From the NCBI GenBank assembly GCA_965216905.1, contig OZ244213.1, forward strand, positions 2,048,699-2,112,698: a stretch of 64,000 nt of DNA, given 5' to 3'. Position numbers and translations under genes: made by a program. This document shows, piece after piece, positions 18,778 through 28,276 of the stretch. This DNA is from Acidimicrobiia bacterium. Its GTDB lineage: Bacteria > Actinomycetota > Acidimicrobiia > Spongiisociales > ZC4RG35. Each line of letters starts with the position of its first letter. Position 1 is the first letter of the stretch. The notes beneath the pieces are model-generated. The model did no database searches. It had not been told where the DNA came from and saw only the letters and a program-made list of their open reading frames with translations.

Positions 18778-20868
18778 CTATGACTGCATCGCCTGTTCGA
18801 TGCCGTGAACGATTCGGTCGGTGCCCACCAGGGCGTGCTTCTCGATGAAGAACTGGGGCCACGGAGTGTCGAAGCCGGTGACGCGGACGATCGGGGCCTC
18901 CAGCGAGTACATCGCCTTCTCCGCCACCGTCGCCGCCACTTCGGCTGCCATGCCGCACGCACCCTGCGGCTCTTGGACGCACACCAGCCGCCCCGTCTTC
19001 TCGACGGAGGCCAAGACGGTCTCGCGATCCCACGGGAACAGCGTCCGCAAGTCGATGACCTCGACATCCCAGCGTTCCGCCACGGCCTCGGCCGCCCTTC
19101 GCGCCACCGGAACCATGCCGCCATACGTCACGAGCGTGAGATCGGACCCCTCGCGACAGACCTTCGCCTTCCCGATGGGAAGCGTGTAGTGATCCGTGGG
19201 CACATCTTCCCGCCCCGCCCGGTACAGCACCTTCGGTTCCAGGAAGATGACCGGGTCGGTACCTTCGAGCGCGGATGCCAGCAAACCCTTGGCGTCGATC
19301 GGTGAGGATGGACAGATCACCACCAGACCGGGGGCATGGACGAAGTACGCCTCCGGTGAGTCGCAGTGGTGTTCATGCGCCCCGATCCCGGCGCCACTGG
19401 GGAATCGGACCACCACCGGCAGCTCCACATGACCGCGAGAGCGGTACCGGTAGCGGCCGAGGTGACTCACGATCTGATCGAACGCCGGATAGACGAACCC
19501 GTCGAACTGGATCTCGGCCACCGGTCGGGCACCGGCGATCGCCATTCCCACCGCGGTGCCGACGATCCCCGACTCGTTGAGGGGGGTGTCCATCACCCGA
19601 ACGTCGCCGAACTTCTGCTGAAGGCCCTGGGTGACTCGGAACACGCCGCCGGTCTGCCCGATGTCCTCGCCCAACAGCAGCGCATGGTCGTCGCGCTCCA
19701 TCGCCTGGTCGAGGGCGGCGTTGATCGCCTCGGCCATCGTCCAGCGTTGCGTCGGGCCGGAGGGCAGGTCTTCGGAGTCGACCGCCCACACCTCGTCGTC
19801 GCCAAACGAGGTCACCGTCTCTCCGTTCGCACGCTGCATTTCGTGGAGCTGTTCCACCACGGTCGCAGGGATACGGCTGAACGCATGTCGGATGGCCTCG
19901 TCCCGCTCGGGCACCGGCCGTGCCTCGATGTCGACGATGGCAGCGTCCACCAACTCCTTCACCTCCATCGCCACCTTCTCGCCGACCCGGTCATCCCAAT
20001 GGCCGATCGAGTCGAGATGGGCTCGCAGCCGGTCGATGGGGTCGCGACGCTTCCACTGCTCCACCTCGGCCCGATCTCGATAGAGGCTGTCGTCATCGGC
20101 GGTGCCGTGCGCGCCGTAGCGGTAGGTCATCGCCTCGATCAGCGTTGGTCCGCCACCCGCTCTTGCCCGTTCGACCGCCCGGCGGGTCGCCAGGTACACC
20201 GCCACGGGGTCCATGCCGTCTACCCGAATCCCCTCGAATCCGTAGGCGATCGCCTTCTGGGCGATGGTCTCGGAGGCGGTCTGCTTCTCGTAGGGCAGCG
20301 AGATGGCGTACCCGTTGTTGGCGCAGATGAACACGGTTGGTGTCTCCCACACGCCGGCGAAGTTCATCCCGGCGTGGAAGTCGGTTTCCGAGGTCGCGCC
20401 ATCGCCGAAGTACACGGCGGTCACCGTGTCATCCCCGCGCAGCTTCGTCACATACGAGTACCCCACTGCATGGGGGAGCTGGCTGGCGATGGGGACGGCA
20501 ACGATTCCCATTCGGTGCCGCAGGACATCCCAGTCGGAGTTCGGCATGCCGCGCCAGTAGGCCATCAGCACGTCGACCGGGAGATCGCGAGCGAGTTGAA
20601 CGCCGTGCTCCCGATAGCTCGGGAACACGAAGTCGTCGGGTCCGAGCGCCAAGGCCGAGCCGATCTGTACCGCCTCCTGGCCCTCGAGCATCGCATAGGT
20701 GCCGATCCGCCCTTGGCGCTGGAGGGACACCATGCGCCGATCGAATTCGCGAGTGAGGACCATCAACCGATACATCGAACGGAGCAACTCGACGTCGAGT
20801 TCGGGGTCTTCTCCGACGAGCCGTCCCTGTGTATCCAGTACCTGGTAGGTGGGGAAGGTCTCCATCAC
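18778..20868 (-). CDS. Fused E1 alpha+beta 2-oxoacid (pyruvate/branched-chain) dehydrogenase
   Basis: Alpha: LQRQGRIG, GQEA, GDGATSE...NN, YRYGAH; beta: GEDIG..GGVFR, DTPLNE, EIQF, EHH, IDLRTL. Confidence 0.93.
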   Translation of the reverse strand: MMETFPTYQVLDTQGRLVGEDPELDVELLRSMYRLMVLTREFDRRMVSLQRQGRIGTYAMLEGQEAVQIGSALALGPDDFVFPSYREHGVQLARDLPVDVLMAYWRGMPNSDWDVLRHRMGIVAVPIASQLPHAVGYSYVTKLRGDDTVTAVYFGDGATSETDFHAGMNFAGVWETPTVFICANNGYAISLPYEKQTASETIAQKAIAYGFEGIRVDGMDPVAVYLATRRAVERARAGGGPTLIEAMTYRYGAHGTADDDSLYRDRAEVEQWKRRDPIDRLRAHLDSIGHWDDRVGEKVAMEVKELVDAAIVDIEARPVPERDEAIRHAFSRIPATVVEQLHEMQRANGETVTSFGDDEVWAVDSEDLPSGPTQRWTMAEAINAALDQAMERDDHALLLGEDIGQTGGVFRVTQGLQQKFGDVRVMDTPLNESGIVGTAVGMAIAGARPVAEIQFDGFVYPAFDQIVSHLGRYRYRSRGHVELPVVVRFPSGAGIGAHEHHCDSPEAYFVHAPGLVVICPSSPIDAKGLLASALEGTDPVIFLEPKVLYRAGREDVPTDHYTLPIGKAKVCREGSDLTLVTYGGMVPVARRAAEAVAERWDVEVIDLRTLFPWDRETVLASVEKTGRLVCVQEPQGACGMAAEVAATVAEKAMYSLEAPIVRVTGFDTPWPQFFIEKHALVGTDRIVHGIEQAMQS

Positions 20869-20945
20869 CGATCAGTTTGGCAGAAAGCGCGACCGGCGCC
20901 TCCGGGCGGTTCGGCGGGACTCTTCCATATTGATACTGTCGGACC

Positions 20946-22025
20946 ATGCCTGACTTTCGCTCCGACATCCGGGAGATCTCGCCATATCGGCCCGGCCGCC
21001 CCATCGCCGATGTCGCCGCCGAGCACGGCTTCGACCCGGCCGAAGTCGTCAAGCTGGCGTCCAACGAGAACCCGTTCCCTCCCTTTGCGGCGGTGCAGAC
21101 CGCCATCGAGAACGCCATCGGCGAGATCAACCGCTACCCCGACAATGAGGCGCGTCTGTTGCGGATTGAACTCGCCGACCAACTCGGGGTGTCGTTCGAA
21201 GAGGTGTGGGTTGGGGGTGGATCTTCCGAGTTGCTTCGAGTGACCGCCATGGCGCTCGGGGGCCCAGGGACCGCCGCCGTCTACGCCTGGCCCTCATTCG
21301 TCATCTATCGGCTGGGTTCGGTCTTGGCGATGACCGAGCGGATCGAGGTGCCCCTCGATGATCGCCTCCGCCATGACCTCGATTCCATGTTGGAGGCCAT
21401 CACCGACGACACGACGCTCGTCTACGTCTGCAACCCCAATAACCCCACCGGCACGATCCGCGCCGCGTCGGCGATCGACGACTTCATCGAAGCCGTCCCC
21501 GAGCGGGTGATGGTCCTGGTCGACGAGGCGTATCACGAGTACGTCACCCACCCCGATCATCGGACGGCCATCCCCCACGCCACCGAGCGGCCCAATGTGA
21601 TGGTGCTGCGCACCTTCTCCAAGATCCACGGCCTCGCCACCCTCCGGGTGGGCTACGCGGTGACCCAGGCTCAGAACGTCACCGAACTCCGCAAAGCCCA
21701 AGCGCCGTTCACCGTGTCGACGCTCGGCCAGGTGGCTGCCCTCGAATCTCTCCGGCACCCGGACGAGTTGTGGCGGAGAGCGGAGGTCAATGCGGCCGGG
21801 AGGAGCGTCATCGAATCGGCGCTCGAGGAACTGGGGGTGACGTTCGTGCCGAGTCAGGCCAACTTCGTCTATTTCCGAATGACGCCCGCGATGTCGGTGG
21901 ACGAGACCTTCACGGCGCGAGGCATCATCGTGCGGCCGTTCGGGGATTCCTGGGTACGGGTGAGCGTCGGAGAGACGCGGGAGAACGATCGTCTGGTCGA
22001 GGCGCTTCGGTCGGCGATGGGCTGA
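20946..22025 (+). CDS. hisC: Histidinol-phosphate / aromatic aminotransferase (HisC/Pat)
   Basis: KLASNENP, NRYPD, CNPNNPTG, DEAY, RTFSKIHGLATLRVGY. Confidence 0.88.
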   Translation: MPDFRSDIREISPYRPGRPIADVAAEHGFDPAEVVKLASNENPFPPFAAVQTAIENAIGEINRYPDNEARLLRIELADQLGVSFEEVWVGGGSSELLRVTAMALGGPGTAAVYAWPSFVIYRLGSVLAMTERIEVPLDDRLRHDLDSMLEAITDDTTLVYVCNPNNPTGTIRAASAIDDFIEAVPERVMVLVDEAYHEYVTHPDHRTAIPHATERPNVMVLRTFSKIHGLATLRVGYAVTQAQNVTELRKAQAPFTVSTLGQVAALESLRHPDELWRRAEVNAAGRSVIESALEELGVTFVPSQANFVYFRMTPAMSVDETFTARGIIVRPFGDSWVRVSVGETRENDRLVEALRSAMG

Positions 22026-22100
22026 TCCGGGTTTGGTCTCGGCGACGAAGGTCGTTTCAATGTCGGAACTCGCACCCTCTCCTATTCGAAGGACCAGCTT

Positions 22101-24641
22101 GTGAAACTCGTCACGAATCTGTTCGCCTCGCTCGTGAAGCGGTCGCCGTGGCTGGTGGTGGCGGTGGTGGTCGTCCTCACGCTGATCTTCGGATTCTTGT
22201 CGAGTGGCATCGAGATCGCCCAGGGCAACGAGGGTTTCGCTCCCGACAACGAAGAGATCCAAGCCTCCGAGCGGATCAGCGAGTTGTTCGGCTCCGGGGC
22301 ACAGGAAGGTGTGCTCCAGGTCATCGTGCGCCGGACCGACGGCGGCGACGTCATCAGCGCCGAAGGTCTCAAGTTGGTCGACGAGATCGGGCGCACCATC
22401 GTCGAATCCGCCGGACCGGACGCGCTGTCCGAGCAGCCCAACCGGCCGCCCGTCGTCTCGTTCCTGGCGCCGGTGCAACAAGCCGCCGCCCAGGGTGCGC
22501 CGGTCGGAGACGACGCCGCGGTGGACGCCGCCTACACCCAGGCCCTCCAGTCGCCCGAGTTCCAACAGCAGGGGGGCTTCGTCACCGCCTTGCTGGCCGA
22601 AGGCTCCGACCCCCAGCAGGCGACGGCTCCCGGAGGGCTGGTGCTGGCGTTCCTGAAGGCGCCGGACGGGCTCGATGCAACGGAAGCATTCGATGCCGCC
22701 ATCGAACTCGAAACCGAGATCGACGAGGCGCTCTCCGCCATTGCGGTGCCGGACGGATTCGAGGTCCGGCCGTTCAGCTTCAACCTGCTGTTCGCCAGCG
22801 GGTCGGACTTCACGGACGAGGTGGGCCGGCTGTTCGGGTTCGCTGCATTGATCATCCTGGTCATTCTCGGTTTCGTGTACTGGCTCAAGCCGCGCGGATC
22901 GGCCACCCTCGGCACAACCGGCCGGAGAACGCTGGCCGATGTACTCATCACGCTGTTCACGATCTTTGCCGCCATCGGATGGATGCAGGGGATCGGTGTG
23001 CTGCTCGAGCGGGCCGGCGTCATCGGAAGCTTCAACCCGGTCACCCAGATCGTCCCGATCCTGCTGATCGGTCTCGGAGTGGATTACGGCATCCACCTGA
23101 CCTCTCGCTACCGCGAGGAGGTCGGCAAAGGCGACTCGGTCGATGGCTCGGTGAATCGAGCGATCAACACCGTCGGGGTGGCGCTGGCGCTCGCCACGAT
23201 CACCACGGTGATCGGGTTTCTCACGAACGTCTTCAACCCGGTTCCGGCCCTGAAGGACTTCGGCATCCTGTCGGCGGTCGGGATCCTCGGGGCGTTCATC
23301 CTGATGCTGACTTTCGTGCCGGCCGTGCGGACGTTGCTCGACCGGCGGGCCGAGCGGGAGGGCCGGCTGCCGGTCGAGGCGATGGACGCCTCCGATCAGC
23401 GGCTGCTCCCTCAGATCATGGAACGGACCGCGGTGCTCGCCGAGCACCTCGCGATTCCGACGATCATCGTGTCGTTGGTACTCACCGGGCTGGGCGTGTG
23501 GGGGCTGAGCAACCTGGAGACTCGCTTCTCCTTCACCGACTTCCTGCCCGAGGATGCACCGGCGGTGCAGACCCTCGACCTGATCACCGAGGAGTTCGGT
23601 GGTGGCCTGGGTGAAACGACCCAGGTGCTGGTGGAGGGCGATGACCTCGCCACCGGCGCCTTCCACAATGCCCTGGTCGACACGACCGATCGCCTGGCCG
23701 ACGTCGATGATGTCGTCACCTTCGACACCCCGGCCGGCTCGTTCCCGGCAGTCACCTCGCCCGTGTCACTCCTGCAACAGCTGTTCGCACAGGGTCCGGA
23801 GGCTGCCCCCCCGGAGGTGCTCGCCGCCGCCCAGCAGGTGGGGCTGGGACCCGACCTGAGGGTCCAGGTCGAGGATGCCGATGTCGGTCCGCTGTGGTCC
23901 GCCGTCGCCGCAGCCGTTCCGGAGGAGTGGCCGAGCGTGGTCCACTCGAGCGGCGAGTCGATCGACGCGGTGCTTCTCGATATCCAAACCCAGGCGGGCG
24001 AGGCAGGCGCCGACGACCTGCGGGTGGCGTTGAACGATGCGGTCGTACCCCTTACCGGCGTGGGTGCGGAGACGATCCCCACATCCCAGAACATCATCTC
24101 GGCGGTGATCGTGGATGCGCTGGCATCGTCTCAGACCCAGTCGCTGCTGATCACCCTCGTGATCGCCACGATCGTGCTGGCCATCAGCTTCTACTTCGAG
24201 AACCGGCGCCCCATGCTCGGGGTCTTGACCATGCTGCCGGTGGCGATGGTCGTGTTCTGGACCTACGGACTGATGTACGCCACCGACATCCCGTTCGGAC
24301 CGGTGACCGCCACGCTCGCTGCGTTGGCGGTGGGGATCGGGGTGCCCTTCACGATCCACATCGCTCGACGCTTCGAGGAAGACCGCCAACGGTTTGCCGA
24401 TCTGGATGATGCCATCCGGTCCACGACCCGGCATACCGGTGGTGCGCTGGCCGGTTCCGCCTTCACCACCATGGCGGGGTTCGGAATCCTCATCACCTCG
24501 ACGCTCACCCCGTTTCAGCAGATGGGACAGGTCACCGTCTACGCCATCGGGTTGTCGCTGATCGGAGCCATCCTCGTACTCCCCAGCCTGCTGGCGGTGT
24601 GGGAGCGCTGGCACCGCCGCCGAGGCGGTACGGTGGCCTGA
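22101..24641 (+). CDS. MMPL/RND-superfamily transporter (HAE3-like)
   Basis: Two repeats of TM + large loop + 5 TM; GLGVDYGIH...RYREE; GIGVPFTIH...RFEE. Confidence 0.9.
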   Translation: MKLVTNLFASLVKRSPWLVVAVVVVLTLIFGFLSSGIEIAQGNEGFAPDNEEIQASERISELFGSGAQEGVLQVIVRRTDGGDVISAEGLKLVDEIGRTIVESAGPDALSEQPNRPPVVSFLAPVQQAAAQGAPVGDDAAVDAAYTQALQSPEFQQQGGFVTALLAEGSDPQQATAPGGLVLAFLKAPDGLDATEAFDAAIELETEIDEALSAIAVPDGFEVRPFSFNLLFASGSDFTDEVGRLFGFAALIILVILGFVYWLKPRGSATLGTTGRRTLADVLITLFTIFAAIGWMQGIGVLLERAGVIGSFNPVTQIVPILLIGLGVDYGIHLTSRYREEVGKGDSVDGSVNRAINTVGVALALATITTVIGFLTNVFNPVPALKDFGILSAVGILGAFILMLTFVPAVRTLLDRRAEREGRLPVEAMDASDQRLLPQIMERTAVLAEHLAIPTIIVSLVLTGLGVWGLSNLETRFSFTDFLPEDAPAVQTLDLITEEFGGGLGETTQVLVEGDDLATGAFHNALVDTTDRLADVDDVVTFDTPAGSFPAVTSPVSLLQQLFAQGPEAAPPEVLAAAQQVGLGPDLRVQVEDADVGPLWSAVAAAVPEEWPSVVHSSGESIDAVLLDIQTQAGEAGADDLRVALNDAVVPLTGVGAETIPTSQNIISAVIVDALASSQTQSLLITLVIATIVLAISFYFENRRPMLGVLTMLPVAMVVFWTYGLMYATDIPFGPVTATLAALAVGIGVPFTIHIARRFEEDRQRFADLDDAIRSTTRHTGGALAGSAFTTMAGFGILITSTLTPFQQMGQVTVYAIGLSLIGAILVLPSLLAVWERWHRRRGGTVA

Positions 24642-24656
24642 CAAGGAAGGAGACCC

Positions 24657-25064
24657 GTGCCCGAACTCGAGCACTTCTGCACCATCGAAGCCGACATGAA
24701 GCCGCGGATGATCGGAACCACGCCATCCGGGACCCGAATCGACTTTCCATTCGAAGGCGAGGCCACCGGACCGCACTGGGAAGGGAGCCGGCCGGTGCGG
24801 GGGACCGACCATCTCACCGTCCGTTCGGACGGCAACATGGACCTGGAGATCCACGGGACGATCGGGGCCAAGCGGGACACCGTCGCATATCGAGCCACCG
24901 GGGTCAGCATCGGCGTCAGCCCGACCGAGGCTCATCCCCAAGAGTTGCTGACGTTTGCGACCGGGAACGAGGACCTCGGGTGGTTGAACTCCTGTATCGG
25001 CGTCGCGCTGGGCAAGGGCGTCGAGGGCAAGCTGACGCTCGACGTATACATCGTTCGTCCGTGA
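24657..25064 (+). CDS. DUF3237-like beta-barrel protein
   Basis: RBS AAGGAG; IGTTPSGTR, GTDHL.VR.DG, F.TG....WLN. Confidence 0.7.
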   Translation: MPELEHFCTIEADMKPRMIGTTPSGTRIDFPFEGEATGPHWEGSRPVRGTDHLTVRSDGNMDLEIHGTIGAKRDTVAYRATGVSIGVSPTEAHPQELLTFATGNEDLGWLNSCIGVALGKGVEGKLTLDVYIVRP

Positions 25065-25137
25065 AAGACAGCCCGACCCGGTAGCATTCTCTCGGGCGTG
25101 GACGGTTCTTCGCCCGGGCCCGTAGGAGGGGCGAGAC

Positions 25138-25710
25138 ATGGAATCGATCGGGTTGCTGGCCGGCAGCGGCTGGGCTGCAGGGCTGAATCTCTATGCGGTG
25201 ACGCTGGTTCTGGGATTGGCGGGTCGGCTCGGCTGGGCCGACATCCCCCAGGTGCTCACCAGGACCGATGTGCTGATCACGGCCGGGGTTCTCTTCCTCA
25301 TCGAGTTCGTGATCGACAAGGTCCCGCTCTTCGACTCCGGCTGGGACCTGCTCCACACGGTGGTGAGGCCGTTGGGTGCGGCGGCGCTCGGCTTCGTCAT
25401 CGCCGGCGATTCGGGATCGATCAGTCAGGCGCTCGGTGCGCTCGTCGCCGGGTCGCTCGCCACGACCAGCCACACCAGCAAGGCCTCGGTCCGAGCGGCG
25501 GTGAACACGTCGCCGGAACCCGTATCCAACATGGCGCTGTCGGTGTTCGAGGACGGGCTCGCCGGCGGCCTCGTGGGTCTGGCGATCGCCATGCCGGCGG
25601 TCGCCGTCGTGGTGGTGATCCTGCTCGCGCTGGCCTCCATCGTGATCACCTTCAAGTTGTGGTCCGCCGTCAGACGGATGCTCTTCCGCGTGTTCCCACC
25701 GGCGGTTTGA
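25138..25710 (+). CDS. DUF4126 membrane protein
   Basis: GWAAGLNLYA, EF..DKVP..DS.WD..HT..RP, NTSPEP.SN...S..ED. Confidence 0.88.
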   Translation: MESIGLLAGSGWAAGLNLYAVTLVLGLAGRLGWADIPQVLTRTDVLITAGVLFLIEFVIDKVPLFDSGWDLLHTVVRPLGAAALGFVIAGDSGSISQALGALVAGSLATTSHTSKASVRAAVNTSPEPVSNMALSVFEDGLAGGLVGLAIAMPAVAVVVVILLALASIVITFKLWSAVRRMLFRVFPPAV

Positions 25711-25733
25711 CTCGCGGTCGTGCGGCGCCTGGC

Positions 25734-26516
25734 TCAGGACCCGGCGGAGCGGAAGTCGGGCCGTCGCTTCTCGACGAATGCGGTCATCCCCTCCATGTGC
25801 GTCGGAAGCGCTCCCAGCCGGCCCTGGGTCTCCGCCTCCTCGGCCAGGGTTTCCGACAGGGTGGCGGCACCACCCATGTGGATCATTCGACGGGTCTCGG
25901 GATAGGCGATGGTCGGTCCGTCGGCGAGTTGCTCCGCCCAGGTCATGGCCTCGTCCACGACCGAGTCGGCGGCGACGACTCGATGGGCGAGTCCCAACTC
26001 GAGGGCCTCGGCGGCGGGCACTCTTCGCCCGCTCATGGCGATCTCCATCGCGCGCGAAACTCCGACCATCTGTGGAAGGAACCAGGCGGAACCGGAATCC
26101 GGAATCAGACCGACGTTCACGAACGCACTCATGAAGAAGGCGCCGTCCGCCAGCACTCGGAGGTCGCAGGCCAGCGCCAGTCCCATGCCCGCCCCGGCGG
26201 CTGCTCCGTTCACCGCCGCCACGACGGGTACTTCCGCATCGAGCACCGCTGCGATGATGGGATTGAACCGCCGCTCGATGATGCCCTCCAGCGCCGGCCC
26301 GCCCCGCTCGTACTCGCCGAGGAGATCGGCGAGGTCGGCGCCCGCACAGAACGCCTTGCCCGCACCGGTGATCACTGCCGCTCGTGCCTCCGACGCGGCT
26401 CTCGCCAGTGCGCCGGTCATCCCATCGGTGATGGATTGGTCGATCGAGTTGAAGACGGCGGGGCGGTCGAGCGTGACAACGGCAACCTCGCCACGCAGGT
26501 CGTATGTGACCGAAAT
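25734..26516 (-). CDS. Enoyl-CoA hydratase/isomerase (PaaG-like); probable ATT start (alternative GTG 26567)
   Basis: TLDRP, AFCAGADL, AVNGAAAGAG, GLIPDSG, EG..AFVEKRRPDF. Confidence 0.9.
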   Translation of the reverse strand: MSVTYDLRGEVAVVTLDRPAVFNSIDQSITDGMTGALARAASEARAAVITGAGKAFCAGADLADLLGEYERGGPALEGIIERRFNPIIAAVLDAEVPVVAAVNGAAAGAGMGLALACDLRVLADGAFFMSAFVNVGLIPDSGSAWFLPQMVGVSRAMEIAMSGRRVPAAEALELGLAHRVVAADSVVDEAMTWAEQLADGPTIAYPETRRMIHMGGAATLSETLAEEAETQGRLGALPTHMEGMTAFVEKRRPDFRSAGS

Positions 26517-26600
26517 CTGTTCACCTCCGGGAGTGCTGGTGGCCCACGGTACCGCCGGCGCGGGCACGCCTCGACGCGGCCACGGCCTAGCCTCTCGCTG

Positions 26601-27803
26601 ATGCCCCGGTGCTCCTTCTGCTCTGAGCCGGCGTCGGCCACCCGGCCACTCGTGTCGGGCGAAGGGGTATCGATCTGCGGGGCATGCGCCCGGTTGGCGC
26701 TGGAGGTCGCCGAGTCCGCCGCCCCACCTCCACCCGATTTGGTCCTGCGCGACGTGGGCACCCTCGTCACGATGGACCGTCGACAGGGCCGCGGCATGCT
26801 GGGCATGCGCCACGATGTGGCCGTGGCCGTCAAGCGGTCGCGCATCGTCTGGATCGGTGACACCGAGGACATCCCTGATCCGTACCGAGAGCTCGAGCGG
26901 TTCGACTGTGACGGCCGACTGGTTCTGCCCGGCTTCGTCGACGCCATGATGCGGCCGCTGGGTGGGCCCCATCGGGATCGTCCCGACCCCGACCTGCTGG
27001 CGGAGGTGGGACGCGGAACGCTTCGGCGGACCGTGTCACGAGGAGTGAGTGCGGTGGGGCTGTATGTCGGCGGGGGAGAGGATCCCACCACCGAGACGCT
27101 GGAACTGGCGGTCGCCCGGATCGTCGGCGAGGAATCTCCGGCCGCCGTCTCGGTGGCCTGGCGGTGCTCCCCCGATCTCCCACCGGACCTGGTCGGCCGG
27201 GTCCTGGCGCCGACTGCATCCCGGCTGGCTTCCTCGGCGGTCATCGAGTGCCATGGAGAGGGACCCGACGTCATTGGCGGGCGGCTGCAGGCGATCCGCC
27301 CCATGCGGCCGAGGCTGGTGTGTGACGAACCGATGCCTGATGCATGCCGCCCGCACTGGCCGAATCTCCTGTCGATTCAGGTGCGGGGGTTGCCGGCACG
27401 GCTGGGAACTGCGGGCGTGGCCGGCACCGGGGCGTCCCCCGTCGCGGTACCCCCCATTGCAGTGTCGTGGACGGTGCCCGGGCTGGCGGTCTCGGCGTGG
27501 GCGCTCGGGCAGAAGCCCGCCCTGGTGAGTGGCTCCCATCCTCGGGACCGGGTGCTCGCCGGCATGGGGGTGGTGCTGATGGCGGCGGTCGACCTGGCCG
27601 GCCTCGGAATCGAGGAGGCGCTGTTCTCGGTGACGAGAGCCGGGGCGTCGGTCCTCGGCGACGACGAGCGCGGCCGGCTGACCCTCGGAGCGCCCGCCGA
27701 TGTGATCGTGGCGGACGCAGAAACCGTCGAAGATCTATTCGTACGGCCCGATCACGACCCGACCTGGGCAGTGCTCATCGGGGGGCGGCTCCTTCGCACA
27801 TGA
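26601..27803 (+). CDS. ClpX-type C4 zinc finger fused to a degenerate amidohydrolase (HutI-like) domain
   Basis: CSFC-x18-CGAC; DCDGRLVLPGFVD; RGRLTLGAPADVIV. Confidence 0.75.
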   Translation: MPRCSFCSEPASATRPLVSGEGVSICGACARLALEVAESAAPPPPDLVLRDVGTLVTMDRRQGRGMLGMRHDVAVAVKRSRIVWIGDTEDIPDPYRELERFDCDGRLVLPGFVDAMMRPLGGPHRDRPDPDLLAEVGRGTLRRTVSRGVSAVGLYVGGGEDPTTETLELAVARIVGEESPAAVSVAWRCSPDLPPDLVGRVLAPTASRLASSAVIECHGEGPDVIGGRLQAIRPMRPRLVCDEPMPDACRPHWPNLLSIQVRGLPARLGTAGVAGTGASPVAVPPIAVSWTVPGLAVSAWALGQKPALVSGSHPRDRVLAGMGVVLMAAVDLAGLGIEEALFSVTRAGASVLGDDERGRLTLGAPADVIVADAETVEDLFVRPDHDPTWAVLIGGRLLRT

Positions 27804-27896
27804 CGCAGAAATTGCACCTCTCGTGGCTAAGTTGGGGCCTCGTCCCGGAAGGACCGGGCCGTGATGCAGACACTTTTCAGCATCCAAGGAGGCGCT

Positions 27897-28190
27897 GTGA
27901 ACAAGACTGAGATGGCCGCAAAGCTGGCCGACAAGGCCGACATCTCCCAGGCCAAGGCCGGCGAGGTTCTCGACATCATCTTCTCGACGAAGCCGGGCGA
28001 GGGCATCATCGCCGTGGAACTCGATGCGGGGCGCGATGTCTCCATCGCAGGCTTCGGCAAGTTCGACACCCGCCGCGCCAAGGCGCGCACCGGCCGCAAC
28101 CCGCAGACCGGCGAAGAGATCCAGATCGCAGCTCGGACGGTTGCCAAGTTCTCTCCGGCCAAGGGCCTCAAGGACCGCGTCGCGGAGTGA
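27897..28190 (+). CDS. hup: HU DNA-binding protein
   Basis: RBS AAGGAGG, GTG start; NKTEM...GFGKF...RTGRNPQTGE.I.I. Confidence 0.95.
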   Translation: MNKTEMAAKLADKADISQAKAGEVLDIIFSTKPGEGIIAVELDAGRDVSIAGFGKFDTRRAKARTGRNPQTGEEIQIAARTVAKFSPAKGLKDRVAE

Positions 28191-28213
28191 TCCTTCGTTG
28201 ACCACGTCGTCGA

Positions 28214-28246
28214 AAGGCCCCGAGATCGGTTCGATCTCGGGGCCTT
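28214..28246 (+). terminator. Hairpin terminator after HU
   Basis: AAGGCCCCGAGATCG-GTT-CGATCTCGGGGCCTT. Confidence 0.8.
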
Positions 28247-28276
28247 CTCGTCGTCGCGATGCCATGGCTCCGTCCG

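Noticed and set aside
25098-26600. N-terminal 500 aa of the 901-aa ORF
   Set aside because: Overlaps the DUF4126 and enoyl-CoA hydratase genes; the real gene starts at ATG 26601
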